Shown: piece by piece, positions 11,146-24,163 of the stretch
Position numbering within the stretch: the first letter of the stretch is position 1
How the letters are laid out: each line of letters opens with the position of its first letter
Source of the DNA: Eledone cirrhosa
Lineage: Eukaryota
Length of the DNA stretch: 64,000 nucleotides
Reading direction: 5' to 3'
Assembly (NCBI GenBank): GCA_964016885.1
Contig: OZ024743.1
Span: 202,368,001-202,432,000 of the forward strand
Made by a program: the position numbers and the translations under genes
The notes under the pieces: generated by a model
Told to the model about the DNA's origin: nothing
The model's database searches: none
What the model saw: the letters and a program-made list of their open reading frames with translations, nothing else

Positions 11146-11884
11146 TCCTTTTACTAATATGTATATATATATATATATATATTCCCTTCCCCGTCTCTGC
11201 CTATCCTTCGCACTCACTCCTTCGTTCAACCCCCCCCGCTTCACACACCTGCTCCCCCCCCCTGCTTTCACCCAATGCCCAGCATGCTCAGCCTGAGATC
11301 CTTTCTCCACCAACTACACACTAGCCTCAAACTTTTCCTCACCAAGCTATCTCCCCTCTGCCCTTCAACTCTCCTACCTTCTCTTCGCCAAAACCCGGCA
11401 CTCCAGCCACATCCATTTCCTCAGCCACTGCCTCCATCTCCACCTTATCCCCTTCGGCTTCCGTCTACACTTCCACACTTCCCCCGCCGCTTCCCCCTCC
11501 AAGCAATGTATCCTCACCCTATCCTCACGCCTCCTAATGCGGAACTCCATCCGCGCCTCCCGTTCCACCCTCCGCAAACTTGACCACCAACAGACCCCCA
11601 TCCTCCTCCGCCTTAACTCCACCTGCCACCCCCTCCTCGCCCAAGCCATCCACCCCTTCATCCAAAACCTCAAACACGACCTCTTCTCCTTCCTCACCTC
11701 CACCAAAGCCCGCAAGCTACACTCACTCCTCCCAACGACCCCATTCACCACCACCACCCGCCCATCCCTATGAGCCCACCACTCTCCACCCCTCCCTCGA
11801 CCCACACCCCTATCCAATCTCCACCCTCCACCTAACCCCTCACCACACCCACCCTTCCCCCCTCACATACACAAACCTCACCAC

Positions 11885-14045
11885 TTGTTGTCACCATACC
11901 CGCTCACATCCCCCTCTCCGCACCTGAGCGCTCACTCCTTAGTAGAAGCCTTCGCTTCATACCCCACACTCCGCACAGCGACGAGTTCCGCACTCGAACG
12001 GAAGTCGAGCGATTCGTGCGACGCACGAAGCAACAGGCACATTTCGGCCGAACGCCACCGGCTCCGAACGCCACCGGCTCCGAACGCCCCAGACCCGTTT
12101 CTCGCCCTGGGCCGACGACCATTTTCTTGGACGCCGGCCCCAGGGCAATTTAGCACCCTGGACGCGTTCGTCGATGCCAGCCGTAGCGCCGTAAATCGTT
12201 TCGACTTCCGCCACCGTTCCAAACGGAATAACATCACAAGGGGCGAACTCTTCGCTCTCTGCTCCCTCCGTACCCGAGATGACATCGTCATCAAACCGGC
12301 GGACAAGGGAGGCGCCGTGGTGGTGTGGCGCGCGGACCTCTACACGGCCGAAGCCCTCAGGCAGCTCCGTAACCCCTCTTCTACCGCCCTCTACCCTCCG
12401 ATCCTACACTCCTCTACCCACAACAAGTTTCCTCCACAATCCAACACCTTTTCTCCCCCCCCCGCTTCCCACCTCATCCTCCGCACCCCCCCGCACCCCC
12501 ACCATCTACTTCCTCCCCAAAAACCACAAACCCGACAACCCCGGCCGCCCCATCGTCTCCGCTTGCAACTGCCCCACCGTACTCATCTTCGCCTTTCTAG
12601 ACTCCATCGTCGCTCCCCTTGTCACCACCCTCCTCTCCCGCATCTCCGACACCAACCACGCCCTGCGCCTTCACACTACCCACCCGGCCCACAGCCCTTC
12701 CTATTCACCCTAGACATCAAGTCCTTCTATACCGTCATCCCCCACGCCGACGGCCTACGCGCCCTCAAACACTACCTCGACCTTCGCCCCTCCCGCATTC
12801 CATACACCCCCACCCCCCTTCGCCTCGCTGAGCTGGTCCTCACCCTCAACTGTTTCTGCTTCTCGGGTGAGTTTTACCAACAGGTCAAAGGGGTAGCCAT
12901 GGATACAAGAATGGGCCCAAACTATGCCAACCTTTTTGTTGGCCATGTTGAGACCCAAATCTTTGCCCAAATCTTTTCCCAGTACACCGGCCCCACGCCC
13001 GTACTGTACGGTCGTTACATCGACGACTGTATCGGAGCCACGACCCTCACCCGAGAACAGCTCGACTCCTTTCTCTCCTTCTTCTGCTCCTTCCTCCCTC
13101 CACTTCACCACCTCTTTCTCCACCACCCACGTCCACTTCTTAGACGTCTCCGTCGCCTTCGACCCCTCCCACCTCTCCCTCGTTACCTCCGCCTCCTTCA
13201 ACCCCACCGACTCCCACTCCTACCTCGACTTCACCTCTTCCCACCCCACACACTCTAAACACTCTATTCCCTACTCCCAACTCCTCAGGATCCGCCGCCT
13301 CTGTAGCCGAGATGCTGACTTTGAGTCCCAGGCCCTTTCCCTAGTCAGCCATTTCATCCGCAGAGGTTACCCCACTCTCTCGTCCACACTGCTCTCACCC
13401 GCGCCCATGCTGTCGACTGCTCCACTACCCGCACCCCACGCCACCGCACACCCACCCACCGTCTCCCCTTCCCCATAGTATACCACCCCTCCACCATACC
13501 CCTCCACCGCACCATCCTCCGCCTCTTCCGACGCCTCCACATCCCAATCTTCCCATCCCCACCACTCCCCTCCTTCAAACGCGCACGCAATCTCCGCACC
13601 CTAGTCGTCCACAGCTCACTACCCTCCAACCCACGCTTCCCCCTCCCGGCTCCTTTCCTTGTTCTAGGCCCCGCTGCAACACCTGTCCCCACATCACCAA
13701 CACCACCACCTTCCAGGGTCCCAACGGCCACTCTCTCTCTGTCCGGCATGCCTTCCGCTGCACCTCCTCCAACCTAGTCTACGGAATTTGACTTACGTCG
13801 GACAGACTGGACGTCGCCTGGCGGACAGATTTACTGAGCACCTCCGGGATATTCGTGTCGGTGGTAGTTCCCCCATCGCCCGCCACTTTGGTGCCCCTGG
13901 ACATTCCGCACACCATCTCACAGTCTGTGGCCTACGCCAATGCCACGGAACACCCGCCAATCTCCTAAGAGTCGAACAACGAACCATCTTCATCTTACAG
14001 ACCCACACTCCCCCCGGCCTGAACTCCCCACCCTTATTCTTTTAG
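11885..14045 (+). pseudogene. Disrupted Penelope RT-GIY-YIG ORF
   Basis: Motifs spread over ORFs 11885-13258, 12279-12713, 12924-13478 and 13788-14045 in different frames. Confidence 0.85.
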
Positions 14046-15573
14046 CCTTCCACCGCCCCCTCCCTCCACACATATCCCCCACTAACACCACTAACACACC
14101 CCTCCTTTTCACCGCCCACTCCACAACTAACAATACTAACACCTCCACCCCACACACGACCACTCCTCCCCAACTAACATACTAACATCCCTCCCTTCTT
14201 CTCCCCCCCCTCATTATCACACACACACACCCACCGGTACATATATACACGCGCTCACACTAAACACACACCCTACTACCACCACTAACCCTCACCCCAC
14301 ACATCCACCCCACCACCCCGCAACTAACATTACTAACACCCCCTGACCCCAAGCACACGAACGCACCCACCCACTTACACCACCCACCCTACACGCAACT
14401 AACATCACTAACACCCCCAACCCTACGCACACGTACACACACACCCTCTTACACCACCCACTCTACACACCCTACCACCACTGACCCCCACTCACACCCG
14501 CATTCAACCCTTTCTCCACCCCCTGTATACTAACACCCACTAACACCCCCTTCACCACACACACACACCCGTACACTACACTCCCTCTATCGGCCCCCAC
14601 ACCTTTCTCTCCCCGCTCCTCCCACACCCTTTCTCAAACACTCACTCATCCAACTAACACCTCTACTAATACACACACACCCCCTCCTCACTCCAACTTT
14701 CACACCTACCCATCCTCTCCCCTGTCCACCGCACACACTGACACACCATCACTTACCATTATACCCTACTGCTGCTATGCCCTCTGACCACCTTCCCGCA
14801 CACACAGACACACAACACACCTTCACTTACCATTCTACCATACTGCTGCTATGCCCTCTGACCACCTCCCCGCACACACAGACACACAACACTCCTCCTG
14901 CCTTGACCCTCTGACCACTTCCTGTTGCGCGCGCACCCCGTTTCCCCCCCTTCCGACCAATCTCTTCACGGATTACACATATGTGAACCTTGATCCCGAG
15001 AATCCACCGGAATCCCAGGATTTTACTCAGCATTCCACATCTTTTTACGGAATTACCTTTATGACTCACCCCACACACACACCCCAAAAACATTTTTTTC
15101 CCACACGCCACCTACATCCACAACACGCATAAACACCACACACACACGTGCGTACCACCACATATTTACACATTCAGCCTCCGGAATGCTCTCCCCCCAC
15201 CCCTCTATCCACACACGCACACACACTCCGACCTACACCGCACCCCACACTCACCTCTTCCAGAACATACAACCCCGTTCTTCCCCCAACCCTTGCTTTC
15301 ACATACACACACACACACACACGTACACCTACACACACACACCACCTTTAGCCCTCCCCGCTCGGACACCCCGTCTCCCTTTCCCCACTCCACCCGCCAC
15401 CACCCCTACACGCGCCACACCCTGTCAGCACCTGCTTTACCCCATTTTAATTTTATTTTGATCATGCCTTTATTTTTAATTTCATTTGCACCGTTTCCTC
15501 TCACCCCTTTTTGCTATATGTCTCTCCACCACTCCCCTACACACCCTTTTAACTCTCTTCCCACACACTTTTC

Positions 15574-15605
15574 ACCTGAAGAAGGGCTTATGCCCGAAAC
15601 GTCGT
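15574..15605 (+). ncRNA. Minimal hammerhead motif in the Penelope 3' terminus
   Basis: ac-CTGAAGA-a-gggc ttat gccc-GAAA-cg-TC-gt; stem I only 2 bp in this copy. Confidence 0.65.
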
Positions 15606-15689
15606 TCCCCATCACCACCCACTCTCAAGAGCGTGAAATTAATGAACCTTTGTTTGTACTGCCTCTCTGTTTTGTTCCCGTTCAATTTT

Positions 15690-15775
<86 letters not shown>

Positions 15776-15820
15776 AATACACCCGTATGCATAAATGTAA
15801 GCATGTATGTTTGTATGCAA

Positions 15821-15941
<121 letters not shown>

Positions 15942-16102
15942 ATAATATTAATATTTATACTTAAATATGAGTTATATATAATTATAAATATGGAGGGTAG
16001 TTTGAAGATTGTGTATGCAACGATGGTTCCAGACATTCGTCAGGAAGAAACAATTGTCACCAATTAAATGTATTAAACTAAGATTTGATTGTTTTATATA
16101 TT

Positions 16103-16167
<65 letters not shown>

Positions 16168-16358
16168 ATGTGTGTGTATGTATATATATATAACTTTAAT
16201 AGGTTTCGACCAGTATTGGATCATCCACCGAATTAGGGAGTTACTGTTTACGGAGACTTTTCCGGGCGTAACAGGACCATACTGGATTTCTTGGAGGAAT
16301 ATATATATATATATACAGAGTGAGAGAGATAGAGTGTGTGAGATAAAGATAGATATAG

Positions 16359-16389
<31 letters not shown>

Positions 16390-16410
16390 GAGAGAGCGAG
16401 ATACATGTTT

Positions 16411-16570
16411 TTATGTGACTTTTATACCAGACATACTCTTAAAAAGCCGTACAAACAAATTACACATTAAATTTGGTGCAGATTGAATAGTTGGCATATA
16501 TTGATGAACTTTGAAATATCTCTTTAGATCTCCTTGAGATTTACAGATCTTGTAGCATATGTGGACGTGA
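16411..16570 (-). pseudogene. Decayed C2H2-like zinc-finger remnant, probably a LINE (RTE-type) C-terminus
   Basis: ICYKICKSQGDLKRYFKVH and CNLFVRLFKSMSGIK; similar to 55730-55800. Confidence 0.4.
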
Positions 16571-17966
16571 TAAGGGTAGACTGGTATGTGTACACTATAG
16601 TCAATAGGAAGTGCCCTATTCTGTGTGTTCATATAAGTGTTTTTATTTTATTTTTTCTGTGTATGCATGTAAATCTGCAATCAAGAAGCATGTTTTATGC
16701 AGTATGATATTTGTTTGCAAAACAAAAAACAAGAGAAAAGGGAAACATGTATTTTGTAGGAATATTTCATCTGAAATGTACAACGACAATAAAATCTGAA
16801 ATAAAAAAAATGAAATATATATTTTTTTGTCATTTTTTCTTTCTCACTCTAATTCTCTAACTCTCTTTCACTATTACTCTCTCCCACTCTCTCTCTCTTC
16901 ATCTTTCTTGCTCTCCCTCTTTTGCTGGACCAACAATAAAAAGAAAATGATGAAATAGAGTAGATCATTCGTCCAGCTAATGTAAACGTCACATCAAACA
17001 TGATATGTCAGTTTAAAAAGTTGATGTCTACACACAACTTATACCCAAGTGATATATCTTACTCAGATTATTGCTATATATACTTAGATAAGACTTTTAT
17101 TGATATTCTTGCTTAAGTTAGCAAATGTATCTTTATTCAAAAATTTGTAATTTTTTTTTTTTTTTTTTTTTAAACAAATCATTTTTTTTTTTACTGATCA
17201 TTGGTAAATATGGAAGAATATCTCCGAAGCATTTCGGGAAAAATAATGACATCAACAATTTCTCTTGTGCCATTTTTTTAGAAAAGAAATAAGGAAAGCA
17301 TTGCAGGAATTTTTGTTTAACTCTAGATCAGCAATGGATGTAGATGCCTATGATTCAAGTCATCCAAATCCCTCAAATTTCCCACGTATTCCAGATTCAG
17401 GACTTTCCCTTTTCAGGACAGCGGTTTGTTACTTGAAGGAGAGTAAAAGGGTTAGCGTGTCGTATTCAATGCCTGGTTATGTGTTACCGTCTCACTGCGC
17501 TCTGATCTTTGCTTACGTCCGTTCAAGCTTTGATAGGAAAAATACCACTCCACGGACGGAGAATTTGCGAAAATGTTGATGATTTGGACGGGCAGCTTTG
17601 AGTTATCTGACCCGGGTCTCTCTGTTCTGATTTCAAATTTCCATTTCTACTACCAGAAGTATCGATCAGCTGATAATATCTGCAATGGAGCGTCCAATAT
17701 CACTTGGAAGCGCATTTCACTTGGAGCAATATGACGATCTGCCTATTTACTTTTATTTCGTTTTCTTTTTATTAGTACGCCAGGAAACCAATAATGCCTT
17801 AGAAATCTTGTGTGAATGGAGTATATAAATATATATATGTATATATATACATAGAATATTCGAAAATATTCTGTATGTTTATAATAAACATTTTGAAGAC
17901 CTAATCGCTATAGAATAGAATACGTCACGTATTACAATTAGATTCTCGATAAAAGCAAGGGAAGTA

Positions 17967-18005
17967 AGTCTACGCGTTTCATTCTTGTTAGAATTCATCA
18001 GGACT
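17967..18005 (-). ncRNA. Canonical minimal type I hammerhead ribozyme
   Basis: agtc-CTGATGA-attct aaca agaat-GAAA-cgcg-TA-gact. Confidence 0.88.
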
Positions 18006-18277
18006 ACATATCCAGTGCTTTTATCGAGAATGACACAGCTAGAGACTTATAGAATACTTAGCTGTGTACAGGAACTGGTTTGAAAGAGCGGTTGCCGGTC
18101 CGGCAGAAATTAGAAATTGGAATAAATGCTCTGAAATAGCGATATATATGTGAATATATACATAGAATATTCGAAAATATTCTGTATGTTTATAATAAAC
18201 ATTTTGAAGACCTAATCGCTATAGAATAGAATACGTCACGTATTACAATTAGATTCTCGATAAAAGCAAGGGAAGTA

Positions 18278-18316
18278 AGTCTACGCGTTTCATTCTTGTT
18301 AGAATTCATCAGGACT
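18278..18316 (-). ncRNA. Canonical minimal type I hammerhead ribozyme (second tandem copy)
   Basis: Same sequence as 17967-18005. Confidence 0.88.
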
Positions 18317-18484
18317 ACATATCCAGTGCTTTTATCGAGAATGACACAGCTAGAGACTTATAGAATACTTAGCTGTGTACAGGAACTGGTTTGAAAGAGC
18401 GGTTGCCGGTCCGGCAGAAATTAGAAATTGGAATAAATGCTCTGAAATAGCGATATATATGTGAATATATAGGGAAATAAATAA

Positions 18485-19270
<786 letters not shown>

Positions 19271-19516
19271 ATATAGGTTTATAAATGCATCGAAGTATGG
19301 AACGATGTATGTTAGGAATCAATATAAAGAATAGATAAACATACAAATGTATAAGAAAGCAAATGAAATAACACGATATCATAAAACGCATTAATAAATA
19401 ATACAATTGCATGGAGGGTGTATGTAGCAGAGATAAATAACAGTGCTATGTACATTATGTAGACCGGGTGTTACATTGAAGTAAGCTGCACAATATAGGA
19501 ACAATTAACACCGACA

Positions 19517-19792
19517 TGGTGATGATAATGATGATGATGATGATGATGATGATATGGATGAATATAAAAAGGAGAAGGTGGTAGATGAGGAATGGGAGGA
19601 GGGGAAGAGAAAGTTGATGAGGACGATGATGATGATAATGTTGACGATGATGATGATGATGGCGATGGTGATGATATTGATGACGGTGTTGATGATAGTG
19701 ACGATGATGATTATGACGATGATGATTATGATGATGATGATGATGATGATGATGATAATGGCAACGGGTATGATGATGATGATAATGTTGAC

Positions 19793-19829
<37 letters not shown>

Positions 19830-19900
19830 GTGATGATATTGATGCTGCTGTTGCTGATGATAATGATGATGATGATGAGGATGATAACAATAATGATGAA
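19517..19900. repeat. Degenerate (GAT)n microsatellite
   Basis: Direct reading. Confidence 0.9.
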
Positions 19901-20273
19901 AAACAACGACTATAAACCCACAGTGAAAAAGAACCCTCCATCATTTGTTATCTTGTAACATATAAAAATATACTACCAGCATATTGAAGTACAATTCAAT
20001 AATAAATATCACCAGGAATTATTTGTGATACTTATCAAAAGCCTGTCCGAAACTAAAAGGATTTAAAACTACAGAAATATTAAAGACGTTAACTATCTAT
20101 ACAGGGTTAAATTCTATTGCTATAAAGCTCTAAATATTGCAGTATTCAGTTACTATGTCACCAGCAAAGTTTACAATGTAAAGTTGATAAAATATCCTCC
20201 AATATATGTATATATAGAGAGAGATATATGTGTGTGTGTGTGGAGGGGGGGGGCGTATGTGTGTGTCTGTGTG

Positions 20274-20307
<34 letters not shown>

Positions 20308-20364
20308 CACATACACACCCACCCACACACACATAAATATAAACATATATATATATATAAGTAT

Positions 20365-20560
20365 ATAACGAAGGAAATGTGGTAGGGAACCAGGTGGACC
20401 ATAACGCACCAAAGTACTCAATACTCGAGGTAGTAGAGTGGGTAATAGGAACCAGTAAGACCCCGACAGCTGAGCTCAAACCGTTTCGACGGCTAATTCT
20501 GGACTCAATTAGCCGTCGAAACGGCTTGAGCTCAGCTGTCGGGGTCTTACTGGTTCCTAT
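20365..20560. repeat. Repeat family D fold-back fragment (also 20960-21278, 22950-23155, 39966-40110, 49740-49790)
   Basis: aacgaaggaaatgtggta.ggaaccaggtggaccataacgcaccaaagtactcaatact...gagctcaa.ccgtttcgacggctaattctggact, then an inverted partial copy. Confidence 0.85.
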
Positions 20561-20564
20561 ATAA

Positions 20565-20630
<66 letters not shown>

Positions 20631-21273
20631 GGGCGTGTCTATTTCACCTCGTCAATTTGATATGTAGTGCTTAAGCCCACAGGATACATTGACTGGTCTC
20701 TATTTCCCTCTCTTTATGTTGCATACCACCATGTGTTTGTTTCCTTCCCTCTGTTTTCCCACTGTCCCGATAACTTAATTGAGTCATCGCTCGCACTGAT
20801 TTTAGGTATCTAGTCTTTAATAATTTTAGGTATCTAGTCTTTAATAATCAGCAGACTACTGAAGAGGACATTTTACCCCTTGCCTATTTTTATTCATATG
20901 TTCATGTTCGCAAGAACGTAGCACGCCATTCTTCGTTCATTTATATATATATATATATATATAACGAAGGAAATGTGGTAAGGAACCAGGTGGACCATAA
21001 CGCACCAAAGTACTCAATACTTAGGGTAGTAGAGTGGGTAATAGGAACGAGTAGGACCCCGGCGGCTGAGCTCAAGCCGTTTCGACGGCTAATTCTGGAC
21101 TAATTAGTCCATAATTTAACCTTAAAACCCCTCCTGTGTCGCGTACTGGTCAATTTTTTTATTTTCCATGCCCTTGAGAAGCCTGTTCCAGGCGAAACGG
21201 CTAATTCTGGACTAATTAGTCCAGAATTAGCCGTCGAAACGGCTTGAGCTCAGCCGTCGAGGTCCTACTCGTT

Positions 21274-21321
<48 letters not shown>

Positions 21322-21564
21322 ATTATATATGTATATATAGAGAGAGAGAGAGAATATTTAAGTATCGAGAGAGAGAGAAAAAAGGAAAGGTAAGCGATAC
21401 ATGTATTTAGTTGCCTGTAGTTTGTGCAAATGTGCTCAATACTTGTGCCTACAGGGTTAAATGTTTAGAAGCGTTAATATTTAGTGGGCGAGAAAATATG
21501 CAGAGCGGTTACAAAAGAAATTAATACAAAGGAGTATATACCGTTAAAACATGTTTATATAACA

Positions 21565-21609
21565 ATACACCTACGTACGTTTCGCCTAGAACAGGCTTCT
21601 CAAGTGCAT
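21565..21609 (-). ncRNA. Type I hammerhead, U3-A8 core variant (truncated inverted copy at 21168-21199)
   Basis: atgcac-TTGAGAA-gcct gttct aggc-GAAA-cgtacg-TA-ggtgtat; stem I needs one bulge. Confidence 0.6.
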
Positions 21610-21697
21610 GGAAAACAAAAAAAATGACCAGTACGCGACCCTGGAGGGGTTTTAAGGTTAAATTCACATCAGTGTTCATTCTTCGCTTAAGAATATA

Positions 21698-21764
<67 letters not shown>

Positions 21765-21819
21765 CATATATGTTTATATATATATATGTATATATATGTA
21801 AATACATATATGTTTATAT

Positions 21820-22215
21820 ATATTGTTATACTTGGGGAGAGACATATTGTTGTAATAATATTGCCGGAAATAATAACAGAACACACTCACTCTTTGGTTG
21901 GTTTTCGCTTCTGTATCTTTTATATTTCCACAGTTAATTTATTCGGTCCTCAATGTTTACCATTGACTGACCAACGGTCAAAAATACAGATACAATATAG
22001 ATATAAATACTTATAGACCATATATATATGTTTATATCTATATTATATCTGTATTTTTGACCGTTGGTCAGTTACTGGTAAACATTGAGGACTGAATAAA
22101 TTAACTGTGGAAATATAAAAGATACAGAAACGAAAACCAACCAAAGAGTGAGTGTGTTATGTTATTATTTCCGGCAATATTATTATAACAATATGCCCCT
22201 CCCCAATATAACAAT
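21820..22215. repeat. ~190 bp inverted repeat pair around a short TA spacer
   Basis: 21820-22008 is the reverse complement of 22030-22215. Confidence 0.85.
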
Positions 22216-22255
22216 AACACACGATTTCATATCAAAAACCTCGCAATACAAATGT

Positions 22256-22399
<144 letters not shown>

Positions 22400-22406
22400 T
22401 ATAGAG

Positions 22407-22546
22407 ATTATTTCTGAAGACAGCATATATATGTGTAGGTATGTATATTCCCTCTGATAGTTTGTATAAATATTTTACATAGATCTATAGAATATGCATA
22501 CCAACACTAACACATATATATCCTAGAAACGATCGTAAAATGATGA
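22407..22546 (+). ncRNA. Long-stem II hammerhead, third copy of the 5478 family
   Basis: attattt-CTGAAGA-...-GAAA-cgatcg-TA-aaatgat; core differs from the 5478 copy only at variable position 7. Confidence 0.72.
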
Positions 22547-22609
22547 TTTTTTTTTTTATATAAGGAACTGTTTCTTTGTTTATTCATTACTTTATTAATT
22601 TTTTATATA

Positions 22610-22650
<41 letters not shown>

Positions 22651-23160
22651 ATGTAGGCGGTAAAAGCTCGTTAGACCATTACTCCCCAGAGTACTCCATA
22701 CTTGGGCAGTAGAGTGGCTAATATGAAAAGAATTCAGGACACCGACGGTTGATCTCCGGCCGTTTCAATAGCTAGATCCGACCTAACGGGCCGGTATTCG
22801 AGTGGCGGAATCCAGCTGATCTCCACAGTGGGTATAAGTTATCAGCATATATAAGAGGAGACAATAGATACTCGCCACTCGAATGCCGGTGCTTCAGTTC
22901 GGATCGGAGCTCAGTTGTCGGGGTCCTAAATTGTTTCATATATATATAGGATAGGAACAAGTATGACCCCGACGGCAGAGCTCAAGCAGTTTCGACGGCT
23001 AATTCTAAGAGTCCAGAATTAGCCGTCGAAACGGCTTGACCTCTGCCGTCGGGGTCATACTTGTTCCTATTACCCACTCTACTACCCTATAAGTATTGAG
23101 TTCTTTGGTACGTTATGGTCCATCTGGTTCCTTACCACATTTCCTTCGTTATATATATGG

Positions 23161-23205
<45 letters not shown>

Positions 23206-23409
23206 TCTGTGTGGTGTATGAGTGTGTACTTGTATGTGTACATTTGGGAGTTTGTATATATATATATAGATATATATACTTGTGTATATGTCTATACATA
23301 TATGTATATAAAAGCTGAAATTGAAAAACATTTCAGTTACCCAGGCGCCGTCGAAACGGTAAGAGCTCCGCCGTCGGTCAGTAGCTCTGTACAAGCTCTC
23401 TCTCTCTTC

Positions 23410-23442
<33 letters not shown>

Positions 23443-23449
23443 TTCTATT

Positions 23450-23524
<75 letters not shown>

Positions 23525-24132
23525 AGAGAGAGAGGGGGAGAAGAAGATGGAGAACAAGAGGGAGACATTTATGACGAGTGTGAAATATCACTGATGTCAA
23601 TATAATTGGCTAAAATTATTGAAGACCACACACCACAATATTCTTCGCACTCAATTCAATGATATTACTATATGTTGTTTTTTCTTTTTTTTTCTCCTTT
23701 AATTCTTTTGCTCGTTTCATTCATTCCACTGCAACATTGTTGCGGCACAAAGTTGAAAGGATTTTAATCAATCATTTCGGAAAAGAAATGTTCATATCTG
23801 ATACTTTATGGATTTCAGTCATACTTAAACACACACACACGCGCACACACACAAACTTCCACATTTACGCTCTCAGACATATATATGTGTGTAATGGTTG
23901 AATGAATAGGCACTTGTGGCTCTTTTTATACTCAGTTTTTTTCCATTGGTTCTACTTCTGATTCATATTTGATCTTTCATTTCTCATTCTATTTTCTGAT
24001 GAAGGACTAGTGCGTTAATACTCTTTACCTATTACTTCAAGCGTTAAACTAATATATTTCTTCATCGTACTGTTTCGTTTGCCCAGTTATTTCGTTATAT
24101 CGGTTTAATGTTTACACACACACACACACACT

Positions 24133-24163
<31 letters not shown>

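Larger units (their letters stand above)
11183..15693 (+). mobile_element. Penelope-like retroelement (RT + GIY-YIG endonuclease), frameshifted, long C-rich 3'UTR, flanked by (TA)n
   Basis: IVIKPADKGGAVVV, PGRPIVSACNCPT, LDIKSFYT, QVKGVAM.TRMGPNYANLF, YGRYIDD, IPYSQLLRIRRLCS, SNLVYGI..TYVGQTGRRLADRFTEH, PPGLN. Confidence 0.93.
17843..18471 (-). mobile_element. Tandem dimer of a 311-bp family A unit, each with an intact hammerhead (retrozyme-like)
   Basis: Period 311 (gattctcga at 17941 and 18252); copies look identical by eye; flanked by (TA)n. Confidence 0.85.

Noticed and set aside
15995-16300. Two further hammerhead-like traces (TTGAAGA...GAAAcaattgTC; ccagtat/atactgg stem)
   Set aside because: Core or stems too degenerate to call
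17150-17760. Complex sequence next to T-runs, possible exon or retrocopy (ORF 17265-17579)
   Set aside because: No recognisable protein motif on either strand; needs BLASTX
19505-19958. Poly-Asp / poly-Met / poly-Ile ORFs
   Set aside because: (GAT)n microsatellite open in several frames; no splice or domain evidence
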